In this document: positions 11,640 to 23,299 of the stretch, in pieces
How positions within the stretch are numbered: the stretch's first letter is position 1
Layout of the letters: each line of letters opens with the position of its first letter
NCBI RefSeq assembly: GCF_030684315.1
Contig: NC_081355.1
Span: 12,638,761-12,702,760, forward strand
Length of the DNA: 64,000 nt
Origin: Stegostoma tigrinum
Taxonomy: Eukaryota
Reading direction: 5' to 3'
Notes under the pieces: generated by a model
What the model saw: the letters and a program-made list of their open reading frames with translations, nothing else
Told to the model about the DNA's origin: nothing
The model's database searches: none
Position numbers and translations under genes: made by a program

Positions 11640-12905
11640 CTTCAGCTCACCATCAACAACCTTCCCTCCATCATAAGGTCAGAAGTGGAGTTGTTCGCTG
11701 ATGATTGCACAAATGTTCTGCACCATTTCAGCCCTCCCCAGATACTGAAGCAGTTCGATGTCCAATTGCAGCAAGACCTGGACGATATCCAGGCATGATC
11801 TGAAAAGTGGCAAGTAATATTTGCACCACACAAATGCCAAGCAATGACCTTCCCGAATGAGGGAGAATCTGACCATTCCCCCTTGATGTTCAATGGCATT
11901 AAAACCACTGAGGACACCCACGATCAATATCCTCGGGCTATCAGTGACCAGAAACTGAAGTGGACTCACCGTATCGTAGACTCCCTTCATTGTGGAAAGA
12001 GGCTATTTGGCCCATTGAGTCTGCACTGACTTTCCAAAGAGCGTCCCACCCAGACCTCAACCCTATGCTCATAATCCCATGTTTACCATGGCTAATTAAC
12101 CTAGCCACCACATCCCTTAGACACTGAGGGCAATTTAGCATGGCCAATTCTCCTAACCTGCACATCTTTGGACTGTGGGAGGAAACCCATGCAGACACAG
12201 GGAGAACATGCAAACTCCACACAGACAGTCACCCAAGGCTGGAATCGAATCCAGGTCCCTGGTGCAGTAAAGCAGCAGCACTAATCACTGAGCCACCGTG
12301 CCACCCAATAAGCATACAAAGATATTAAAAAAAGTATAAAATATAAATATAGTAGTTACGGGAGCAGGTCAGAGGCTTGGAATATTGCAGCACCTGATTC
12401 ACCAAACCTGTTCACCATCTAAAAGGATCAAGTCAGGAGCATGATAGCATATCTCTACTTGCCTGGATCGGTGCAACTCCAACAACACTCCAGGACAAAG
12501 TGGCCCACTTGATACATCCACAAACATCCACTCCCCCCACCACCAATACTCAGTAGCAACAGTGTGAACCATCTAGAAAAATTCTAAGTAAAGGTACAGC
12601 TCCTTCCAAACCCAGGACCTCTTCCATCTAGAAGCACAAGGATAGCAGGTACGTGGGAACATTACCACCTGCAAATTCCCCTCCAAATCATTCACTGCCC
12701 TAGCTTGGAAATAAATCACCATTCCTCCACTGTCACTGAGTTGCAATATTGGAACTCCCTACCTAATGGAAATTGTTGGTCTAACCACAACACGTGGACT
12801 ATGGCAGTTCGAGAAGGCAACTCACCACCACCTTCTCAAGAGCAACGAGGGTAGGGCAATAAATACTAATCAAGCTAGTGATGCCCATGCCCCATGAGTG
12901 AATTG
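11640..12905 (+). mobile_element. Decayed non-LTR retrotransposon 3' portion (CR1/L2-group), interrupted by an HE1 SINE (~11975-12305, -)
   Basis: RT motif LFADDC at 11691-11708. The 3' end GGGCAATAAAT...AGTGATGCCC...ATGAGTGAAT resembles the tail of the 8312/29640/50185 SINE family. Confidence 0.65.
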
Positions 12906-13239
12906 TTAAAATTAAGACATTTAGCATGCTCGCCTTCATTGCTCAGTCCTTTTTATGTAAGAGTTGGGACATCATGTTGAGGATGTGTAGGATAACAGTG
13001 AGGCTTCTGGAATATTGTGTGCAGTTCTGATCGCCCTGCTATAGGAAGGATATTATTATACTAAAAGGAGTTCAGAAAAGACTTCCTAGGATGTTGCCAT
13101 GATTGAGAAGTTTGAGTCATATGGATAGACTGGGACTTTTTTCACTGCAGTGTGGGAGGTTGAGGGGTGACCTTTGGAGGTTTATAAAATCATGAGGGGT
13201 GTAGATAAGGTGAATAGCCAAGGTCTTTGTAGGGGCATC

Positions 13240-14520
13240 AATGGAGTATAATGTCAACAAAGATCCTGAAAATCTTTCAGATTTCCAAAGATTAACTGAA
13301 AGTTCAGACCAATTTCAGGATATGCGGGCTTAACTTCATGTTATATCATCAACAGTTAGGTGAAACCATCGACCAATCTGTAGACAGATATTACTGACAG
13401 ATCTAAATGTACAGAATATGACCTCACTGAAGCTGGTTATTGCCTCTACACCAATCAAATCATTCAGTAAAGCACTTCTGTACAAGCTAAAGATCATATC
13501 ATTGATGCTGTGCTAGAAAAAGGAAGCAAGTTTGAAGAAACTGTAACAGTGCAACAACATTTGCTAGCATTTGGCTCAGGAAAAGTTATTGCAACTAAAA
13601 TAGGTTCATTGAAGCATCCAAATGTTATTAGAGGTGTGGCTTGTCTCACCTGCCCAAGACCATCTGTAGAATTTAATGACATATGCAGGCTATATTTCAC
13701 AAGAGGACATTGAATTAAAATCTAAAGGAAATCCAGTCAGCCCAGAGAAACCGAAAGTGGCGATGTCACAGGATTATTAATCTGGCAATTCTGGTCAATT
13801 TCCTGGGGACACAGGGTCAAGTCCCACTCCAGCAGCTGGAGGAAATTAAAAGTCAACATTTTTATTCAAAGCTGAGGTAGACAGTTTTCATCAGGAAGGG
13901 AATCAAGGGTTATAGGAAAAGGCAGAAAAATGAAGTTAAGGATTATCAGATCAGCCATAATCTCATCAAATGGTGGAGTAGACATGATGGGCCAAACGGC
14001 CTGGTTCTGCTCCTGTGTCTTCTGATCTTTCTGTTTTATCCTTATACTTTCCAAACTATGTGACCAAATCATATCTTCTTTGAGATGTCCTCCACAAGGC
14101 AAACCATGTTTATGGCAGGAAGATCACCAGCATATTTTTCAATCTTCCAAAATCAACTAATCATCCAGCCTGTGCTTTGTTCAATGTTATGATCCCTTGA
14201 AACTCACCATATCGGAAGTAGATGCCTCTCAGAAAGTTCTTAAGAGTATGCCTCCTGCATGATGGAAAATTAATTGCAATTGGTTCTCAGGAAGGACCAC
14301 TACACCAAGATTGAAAGAGAGAGACCCTTGCTCTATTTCTTGCTTTGAGATACAGGGTTTCATATGTATCCAAACATGACACACTTAATTTTTCATACCG
14401 AAAGATAACCAAGAGGTTAGCATGTGAATCCATATATTGGCCTGGCTTTTATAAAGAAATCAGTCAATTGATCAGATTGTGTGATCAAATGAGCACAAAG
14501 CATTATTGGAAAGAAGGAAG
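13240..14520 (+). mobile_element. Decayed Gypsy/Ty3-type LTR retrotransposon internal fragments
   Basis: RNase H-like YDPLKLTISEVDASQK/VCLLHDGKLIAIGS...YTKIERE from 14188 (frameshifted). Integrase zinc-finger-like RLACESIYWPGFYKEISQLIRLCDQ in ORF 14345-14527. Confidence 0.7.
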
Positions 14521-16039
14521 AAAATGACACAAAAAAATGATCAATGAGTATGCCGACACTTTTCTTGAACAGAACCAGGTCAAAGCTTAAGAGTTCAAGA
14601 TTTTCATATGGACACACGGGTTCATGGAAATATACTGAGTCATTGTCTCTAGCCTAGTTCATATAACATTGTAATGAGCAATGGTCAAGTCCTGCACTGC
14701 ATCAGCCAGACATCAGATAGGATGACAAATCTATGACAAATGGTGCACATACACACACACATACATGGTGACAGATAACACATCTCAGAGTGAAGCTACG
14801 CTATCAAGTTGTGACAACTGTATAAGTACTAGACCTATGTCCACCTAGGTATTAACTGAAATATACAAACAAGATATCTAAATATATCCTTGTATATGTT
14901 AATCAGTAAAGGTTCCCATTCTTTAAAATGCAAGTGGAGTAATGTTATACAAGGATATAAATTCCAGACCAGACAGGCTTGCATCTTTAAAACAATGACA
15001 TTACAACATGTGACTTTCTGGTATAAAGGTACCCACAGCACCTTTAGTCACACTATGTCATGGAGTCAGCAATATATCTTCAGTCGGTCATGTGTGCATA
15101 TTCAGTAACATCAGTAAGTGCATAACCCAGGCTATGTATAAATTTGTTTATTATTGCTGTATAGGCATAGCAAATAAACTTTAAGACAATTGTCTCAGCA
15201 AGAAACCAGTCCTCCGTGGTGTATAGAGTTATGATCCTGGCTGATATTATGACTGGACAGGTCAGATCTGAAAGTCAAATCTGACTTGATGGAATTTTTT
15301 ATTGAACACGTTCATCTTTCACTGAATGCTGCACATCTGGTTTAAGCAATGAAACATAAGTTACTCAGAGAAAAGAAGACCGAATAAAATAAAACCAATT
15401 TGTAACATAAATTGAAACATTTTGAAATAAAAATATAATATTCCATCTATCACAAACAGTACCTCTGTACAGTATTCAAACATCGCTATCACATCTATAG
15501 ATTTGACTTAACTGTTGGTTTCAATTCTGTCTTGAAAATCTGATGGCCTCTTCCTTGAGCATTCACAAAATGGAGCTTAGCTTTTCTCTGCTTCGAATAA
15601 CCCTTCCGGGTTCTAATCAAACATTTTTGTGTGGAACCCTTACACTGATGTAACCTATATGCTAACTTTGCTAAACTAATTTCTTTCTCTACAAAAAGCT
15701 GTTTCATACTTCTGGACTTCTGTAAACCGATATCAAGAACTTTCTAAGTCCTTGGTATTTTCCTTAAGCAAAAAGAAAATCATGATCCTACTAATTTAAA
15801 GCAAACTAATGCCCTTCATATTGACACTATCCAATTGTTAAAGTTTCCCAGTGCAAACAAATACCAGTTGACATTTTAGGAACTAACTCTCTCATACTGG
15901 TTTCAAGATACTGTGGTTCCTGAAATATTGATAAGTTAATAATTAAACCCCCTCATAAACATAGACAAATGCTCTAGTTCAAAATGGCAAACTTAAAAAA
16001 AAGATTAAAACATATACAAATCACATTCACCACATCATA

Positions 16040-17330
16040 ACATAAGACCATAAGACATAGCTGTAGAAGTAGGCCATTAGGTCCATTAAGTCCACGCTGC
16101 CATTCAATTAGATCATAGCTAACCTGATAACCCTCAAAACCTTCTGAAGAAGGGTCCAGGCCCGAAATGTCAGCTTTCCTGCTCCTCTGATGCTGCTTGG
16201 TCTGTGTATCCATCCGGCTCTACACCTTGTTATCTCTGATAACCCTCAATTCCATTTTCCTGCCTCATCTCCTCAATTTTGATTCCATTACTGATTAGAT
16301 ATCTGTCTATTTCAGTCTTGAATATGTTTCATAACCAAGCCTTTGCAGTGCCCTGTGGTAAAGAATTCATAAATTCACTACACTTTGAGAGAAAAAAATC
16401 CTCATTGTCTTCAAATGTGTGATTGTTTACTCTGAGATTATGTCCTCTGATGCTAGACTCTCTCAATAGGGGAAACAACTTCCCCCTTCTATCCTATCAA
16501 CTCCAACAATTTTTTTAAATGTTTCTATAAGATCGTATCTCATTCTTCTAAACTCCAATGAGTTCAGGCCCAACCTACTCAACTTCTCATAAGAAAATTC
16601 CACCATAACCGCGATCAGCCAAATGAACCATTTCTTCAAAGCATTCATATTTTTCCTCAAATAAAGAGGCCAAAACTGTTCGTAGCATTCCAGGTTTGGT
16701 CGAACCGATATCTTGTATATTTTTAGCTAGACTTCCCTATTTAATGCCCTTTCCTTTTGAAGCTAGAGCCAACATTCCATTTGCCTTCCCAAGCACCTGC
16801 TCACTTTGGACGATAACTTTTGGTGATATATAGCCAAGGACTCCCACATTTCTGCTGCAATTTTCCACAGTGTTGCCTTAATTAAATAATATTCAGCTCT
16901 TCTACTCTTCCTGCAAAAGTGCATAGCCTCACATTTTCTCACATTATATTACATCTGCCAAGTTTTTGCTCACTTTCTTAATCTGTCTATATCCCTCTTG
17001 TTTTTTTGTGTCATCCTCACCATTCACCTTGCTACCTATTTTTGTGTCATCCAAAAGCTTGGCAACTTTCACTTTTGACATTCGTTCATTTTTATTGCAA
17101 ATAATTGTGGACCCAGCACTGAAACCCATGGTACTCTGGTAGTTACAGTTTGCCATCCTGAAAATATCCCCTTTACCCCAACACTCTGCACCCTAATTGT
17201 TAGCCAATTCTATAACCACGCTAATATACTCCCACCACCCCATGTGCTCTTGTCTTATTAAGTAGCCTTATGTGCGGTACCTTATTGAATGCTTTTTGTA
17301 AATTTGAATCTATTACATCGACAAATGTTC
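16040..17330 (-). mobile_element. Decayed CR1-like LINE
   Basis: ORF fragments LSRLGLNSLEFRRMRYDLIETFK and KLLDDTKIG (degenerate FADDTK) on the - strand. Confidence 0.7.
16138..16235 (+). mobile_element. Solo ~98-bp Penelope-like terminal-repeat insertion with hammerhead-like core
   Basis: CTGAAGAAGGGTCCAGGCCCGAAATGTCAG near its 5' end. Perfect 14-bp flanking repeat CTGATAACCCTCAA at 16124-16137 and 16236-16249. Confidence 0.75.
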
Positions 17331-17541
17331 ACTCTGGTTGTTTCCTCACATTTTATAAACTTAAAGCTCTTATTGCCTGTTTTTATGTTCCTTGTTAGTT
17401 TGCCTTCATACTTTAGTTTCTTTTGATCATCTTTGTTGGCTTTTAAAACTTTCCCAAATCCTCAACAAGTTCTCTTTCAACTCCTCTCATTTTCCTCAGG
17501 TAAGAGAGGTTGCCATGGGTACCTGCATAGGCCCTTGTTAT

Positions 17542-17671
17542 CAGAGATAATGGGAACTGCAGATGCTGGAGAATTCCAAGATAATAAAATGTGAGGCTGG
17601 ATGAACACAGCAGGCCAAGCAGCATCTCAGGAGCACAAAAGCTGACGTTTCGGGCCTAGACCCTTCATCAG
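17542..17671 (-). mobile_element. Solo 130-bp Penelope-like terminal-repeat insertion inside the older PLE RT
   Basis: Perfect 13-bp flanking repeat AGGCCCTTGTTAT at 17529-17541 and 17672-17684. Removing the insert rejoins the RT motif. Confidence 0.8.
17644..17671 (-). ncRNA. Minimal type I hammerhead ribozyme core (family A, intact)
   Basis: Minus strand reads CTGATGA-A-GGGTCTAGGCCC-GAAA-CGTC: conserved CUGANGA and GAAA boxes, stem II hairpin, GUC triplet and palindromic ACGT helix III. Confidence 0.65.
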
Positions 17672-19939
17672 AGGCCCTTGTTATGCCTGTCTCTTCATAG
17701 CATACGTGGAACATTCCTTGTACCAGTCCTATTCTGGCCCCCACCCACAACTCTTTCTCCAATATATCAATGATATCATCAATTCTGCTTCCCTCTCTTG
17801 TCTGAAATTGGAAAACTTCAACAATTTTGCCTACAATTTCCACCCTACCCTCACTTCCATCTTGTATATCTCTGACTCATCCCTTCCCTTCCTCAACATT
17901 TCTGTTTCCATTTCTGGGGATTGGCTGGCCACTAATATCCACTACAAACCCCTGACTCCAACAGTTACTCGGACTATACATCCTCACACCCCACTTCCTG
18001 TAAAGACTCCATTCCATTCTCTCAGTACCTCTGACTCCATTGCATATGTTCAGATGAGGCCAACTTTGACAAGGGAGCCTCCAAAATGTCTTTCCTCAAC
18101 CAAGGATTCCCCAGCTCTGTTGTCAACCGGGTCCAACCCATCTCCCGCACTTCTGCCCTCAACCCTTCTCTTCCCTCCCACAACAGTGATAGGGTTCTCC
18201 TTATCCTCACGTACAAACCCACCAGTATCCACATCCAGAAGAGCATCAGATGTCATTTCCACCACTTCCAGTGAGATGGCACTACCAGACACATATTCCT
18301 CTCCCCTCTCTTGTCCGCCTCCCACAGGGACCATTCCCTCCGGGACACCCTGATCCACACTTCCTTCACCCCCAACACCTCCTCACAGCCATATGGCACC
18401 TTCCCCTGCAACCAGCGAAGGTGCAACACCTGCGCATTTACCTCCTCCCTCCCCAGTATCTAAGGGGCCAAACATACCTTCCAGGCAAAGCAACATTTCA
18501 CCTGCATTTCTCAGAATCTAATCTACTGCACTTGCTGCTCACAATGTGGTCTTGTCTACATTGGGGAAACGAAGCATAGACTTGGCAACTGCTTCGTAAA
18601 ACATCTATGTTCTGCTCGCAAAAAAGACCCTGAACTACCAGTTGCCTGCCACTTCAACGGACTACCCTGCTTCCAGGCCAACATCTCTGCCTCTGGCTTG
18701 CTGCAGTTTTCCAATGAAACCCAATGCAAGCTGGAGGAACAACACCTTATTTTCTGCTTGGGGACCCTACAGCCTCCAGACTCAATATTGAGTTCAATAA
18801 TTTTAGGGCCTAAACTCTTCCATGACCCAGTCCCCCACCCTGCACACCAGGCCTTGTTACCACACAGCCTGCCACTAAACACCCTCTGTTGTTAGTCACT
18901 AACAGTCCCCATTAACAACTATTCACCCTCCCAGCCTGATCATTAGCAACTCCTTTGTTTGTCCAACTGGCTTTCTCTCTCTTTGGGCTCTATCCTATTG
19001 TTTACTCCCTACCCCACCCACCTCCCTATTTTCTGCATATAAACTGACATTTTCCCAGATACCATCAGTTCTAAGGAAGGATCACCAGACACGAAACATT
19101 AAATCTGTTTTTTCCTTCATAAATGCTGCCAGACCTGCTGAGCTTTTCCAGCAACTTCGTTTTTCTTCCCGATTTATAGCATCCATAATTTTTTTTCGGT
19201 TTTTCTGATTTATCACTAATCTTTTCCATATCGTATGTTTTGTTTTTCTTTCTGTTTGATGCTATTCTTAACTTCTCTAGTTAACCATGGTCAGTTTATC
19301 CCTTTTCTAGAACTCTTCTTTCTCACTGGGAATATCTTTACTATGAGCCATGAACAACTTTCTTAAATGTTTGCCATCAACTGTCTTTTCTGGTAAACTC
19401 CTTTCCCAGTCCACTCCAACCAACTCTTCCCTCATTCTTATGCAATATATGGACTACATTGTTGAAAACGACAAATGCATCCCTTTCCACATTTAACCAT
19501 TCGAATTGTGTGAAAACAGTGTCCCATTATACACAAATTGCCTTTGGATGAGATTGTATTCCATTAAATATAATTCCATGGAGAAAGAGTTAATAGTTTG
19601 AGTCCAAGGTGGTTTTTATGCTGGTGAAAAGCTGGAGGAGGCAACAGGAGTAAGAAGAGGAGCTCAGAAATAGGCTAGAGAGTGAGAGATTTGATCTCTA
19701 ATCTCCTTCACCCTCTAACATTTTACTGACTACTTCTTGCTCCAATTGCCCTCATCCCTATTTTTAACTGCATAAAACTCAACACTTTCCCACCTTTCTT
19801 TTCTGTTCCAAAGAAGAATCAGAATGGACTCAAAACGTCGACTTTGTTTCTTTCTCCACAGATCTTCCCTGATGTATTGTGTTTATTCCAGCACTTACTG
19901 TTTTTATTTCAGATCACCAATGTGTTGGTCAGTGCACTG

Positions 19940-20500
19940 AGAATAGGAGTTGGGATATCATGTTGCAGCTGTACAGGACATTGGTTAGGCCACTTTGCAT
20001 TCACTTCTGGTCTCCCTGCTATAGGAAGGCTGTTGTGAAACTTGAAAGGGTTCAGAAAAGATTTACAAGGATGGTGCTGGGTCTGGAGGGTTTGAGCTAT
20101 CAGGAGGGGCTTGAAGAGGCTGGGGCTATTTTCCCCGGAGTGTCGGAGTCTGTGGGGTGGCTTCTTGGGGTTCACAAAATCATGAGGGGTATGCATTAGG
20201 TGAATAGTAAAAGTTTTTTTTCCCCTGGTTAGGGGAATCCAAAACTAAAGGGCACAGGTTTAAGGTGAGAGGGGAAAGGCTTAAAAGAGACAAAAGGGGC
20301 AAAATTTTCGTGTAGAGGGTGGTGCATGTAATGGAATGAGCTGCCAGCGGAATACAATTACAACATTTAAAAGGCATCCGAGTAGGAACGGTTTAGACGG
20401 ATGTGGGTGCAATGCTGGCAAATGGGACCAGATTTCTGGTCAGCGTGGACGAGTTAGACCAAAGGGTCTGTTTCTGTGCTGTACATCTTATGACTCTGCC
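19940..20500 (+). mobile_element. CR1-like (HER1-type) LINE 3' fragment
   Basis: LQLYRTLVRP...FWSPCYRKAVVKLERVQKRFTRM, followed by the typical 3' end. Confidence 0.75.
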
Positions 20501-20819
20501 TTTATAATGCTTCGAACCCCATATTCAGGAGAGTCTGCAGATTCAGCATCATACTTCTCAGCTACCTCAGAACCCACTGAACTACAGAGAAAGTAAGTAG
20601 CCCTTAAATCGAACGAATCTGCTTAAAATGGACAGGAAAATTTTAAAGAGCACGGTGGGCTGAGTGGCCTCGTTCTGCGCTCTCATCCTATAAAGTAACA
20701 ACTGCTGGCTGGACTGGTATCTGGAATGAAATATCTGGGCGCTGGGAGCCCCAGTTTGTGTTGGGGAAGGCAGCACTGCGTTCAGACGGAGCTGCGGCAG
20801 ATCTCTGTCACATGGCGAG

Positions 20820-20866
20820 ATCAGACTCCGCCTTTAGCCCCGGCTCCTCCAATCCCGCCTTCCTGG
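20820..20866 (+). promoter_or_regulatory. Candidate beta-tubulin proximal promoter (GC boxes, CCAAT)
   Basis: CTCCGCC at 20826-20832, CCAAT at 20849-20853 and CCCGCC at 20854-20859, ~110-140 bp upstream of the ATG in a CpG-retaining segment. Confidence 0.4.
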
Positions 20867-20966
20867 GAATTTTGGGGGAGGGTAAGGAATTACAGCCTCT
20901 TTGTCGCTGACAGGAGAACGGGATCAGGGGAAAGCTGGAAGCCGCTGAACACAAGGAAGTGTCAAA

Positions 20967-21023
20967 ATGCGTGAGATTGTGCATATTCAGGCTGGACAGT
21001 GTGGAAACCAGATCGGAGCTAAG
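20967..21023 (+). CDS. TUBB2A: Beta-tubulin class II-like, exon 1 (MREIVHIQAGQCGNQIGAK)
   Basis: Canonical 57-nt first exon with the MREI autoregulation motif and donor AAG|GTAGAC. The symbol denotes a TUBB2A/2B-like gene inferred from synteny and C-terminus. Confidence 0.95.
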
Positions 21024-21680
21024 GTAGACGCTTCAATCAAGAAGAACCAATCTTGATTTCTTTTTCTTTTAAAAAAAACATATCTTTAGATCAATTTATC
21101 TATTGTATACCACTGCAGTACAAATTTATCGCAGGGGAATCTGAGGGAAAGTCAGCTCAGAAGGCAAAATTGTGCCTTTTGTAAAAAGACGTGATGATCG
21201 TATTGTGAAATTTAAATATAGTTTTTGTCTTTAGTGGCGCCGAAGAAATGACTCGATCACATGCTATTCAAATAAGCGATGCAATATTGGCTTAGTGGGA
21301 GAAATGCAAAATCTTTCACTGGAAGGAACCAGTCATTGCAGTGATGTTATTGTTCAGACTTCCTCCAGTAAATTGCATAGATTCCAGATTTGATGAAAGG
21401 GGAACCCTCCATATATATAGCATGGGGAATAATGCGATGGAGATAGACCTTCCTGGTGATTTGAGGTGGACGAGGGAATGTTTCAGAGGGAGGGAGGAAG
21501 GGGATGAGGGTAATGCAGAATAGTGACTAGCTGCCCGGGATTTTGATGTTAAAGTGAGGGACAGTTTGCACAATGGCTGTAACGAGTAGACAGTGACATG
21601 GCTTTAAAAGCAAGCGCTGCTAGTTCGGTAGCTGCCTGCTCCTGGCCCCAGCGCTAACCATTGCTTTTTTGTGTTTCAAG

Positions 21681-21789
21681 TTTTGGGAGGTGATTAGCGA
21701 CGAACATGGTATCGACCCCACCGGCACATACCAGGGAAATGGCGGCTTGCAGCTGGAGAGAATAAATGTCTACTACAATGAAGCGGCAG
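21681..21789 (+). CDS. TUBB2A: Beta-tubulin class II-like, exon 2 ([36 protein letters not shown])
   Basis: Canonical 109-nt exon, acceptor TTTCAAG|TTT, donor CAG|GTACCG. Confidence 0.95.
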
Positions 21790-23095
21790 GTACCGAAACC
21801 GCAGCCCATATCTACCACCTCTTGCCCTTTTTATTTTTAATCTGGTTTTTTTTGGTTGGGTGTTGAGGGGATAGGGGTTAGACGAGTTTCTGTCAGGCTG
21901 AGCTCTTCTACAGCTTCTATGCATTATTCATGATCTCCGGGAGCTGTGCCCCACATCGTTTCCCCCCCATCATGTGTTTTCTGCAAAGTGCGGGCGCATG
22001 GGGCTCTCCCAACACGCTTAAGGCACAGATAGAACAACGCAAAATCATCTCATTTGGTACCAAGACCACACCCCTCCCCCCCCCCCCCCCAACACACCAA
22101 AGGCATAAAAAATTGCACCATAAAGACACACCACTTTTATTGCTAAGCTTTTAACAACGTGGGACTGGGAGCAGTGATCGATTAAAGAACAGATTTTTCA
22201 AACTTAAACCCAAATGGAACTGAGGGATCCCAGTGGGATTGTCAGATTTCTGCCCATCTGTTATCTAGTGGAGATGTTCTAGTTTTATACTAATAAGATT
22301 TTCAGCCTTTTTTTGCGAAGGGCAGGGGTAGTTGATGTATTGTTTTGAGCTAGTGCAGGAGGCCATGGGAAAATACTTGAGTACTCACTGCAGAACAAAA
22401 ACAAAATTTCAAAATCGGAAATCCAGAAAGTGCAGTTGCTGTAACATCCCCATCATCAGATCAGAGACTTGACTGCCAATATATCTGTCGCATCACCTTA
22501 TGCAAATGTGTATATCCATGGTGTTACACTTTGATCATGAAAGTGTGGGTCCACCATCTGTATTTGCATTGTAACATCGCATCAGTTAATCCATCTATAT
22601 GTAGAATGCCTCAGAGATCTTGCTGCAATGCCACATTTAACATTGTAGACCTGCACAACTCAATTGTGCCATATAGTTGGCGCTAGTTCACATTTGTTAA
22701 TAGTTTTTCAAAAAAAATTCGTCAACTCAATGCTGACTTCAGGTGGCAGCCTCAAGTGTGAACCACTGATAATATAAGACCATTGGTGGTGGGTATTGGC
22801 AGGTTTCTTGATCTCCCTGAAGGAACATTACCCTTCTCTGGGCATTACAGATAATGGTAACATCTTGCCACCATGTTCTCTCTGGCTTGTTTAAGCAACC
22901 ATTCATTGGATGAAGGGAAAGACCATGCAGGAAGAGATGATTTGATATTGTGCCATCAGACTCTCAAAAAAAACAAGCCGCAATTAAAACAACAGGAGGA
23001 AAATAAAGCACCCAAAACAAAGATTTTCTGATTGGTACACACACACACATTATTGGAAAGAAAAGCAGGAGAGGTGAACCCTTATGAATAGTGAT

Positions 23096-23299
23096 AACAA
23101 AGTGTGAAGCTGGATGAACACAGCAGGCCAAGCAGCATCTCAGGAGCACAAAAGCTGACGTTTCGGGCCTATACCTCTCTGGTGAAGGGTCTCGGCCCAA
23201 AACGTCAGCTTTTGTGCTCCTGAGATGCTGCTTGGCCTGTGTTCATCCAGCTTCACACTTTGTTATCTTGGATTCTCCAGCATCTGCAGTTCCCATTAT
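23096..23299. mobile_element. Fold-back Penelope-like terminal-repeat element in tubulin intron 2
   Basis: Near-perfect inverted ~80-bp arms around a degenerate hammerhead (CTGGTGAAGGGTCTCGGCCCAAAACGTC). Perfect 17-bp flanking repeat CCCTTATGAATAGTGAT at 23079-23095 and 23300-23316. Confidence 0.8.

Larger units (their letters stand above)
17470..19200 (+). mobile_element. Decayed Penelope-like retroelement (RT + Cys-rich linker + GIY-YIG + terminal repeat), Neptune-like
   Basis: RT motifs VAMGTCIGPCYACLF (split by the 17542 insert) and LFLQYINDI (YIDD-like), linker FPCNQRRCNTC, endonuclease LIYCTCCSQCGLVYIGETKHRLGNCFVKHL...PVACHFN. Many stops and frameshifts. Degenerate hammerhead at ~19069-19100. 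Confidence 0.8.
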
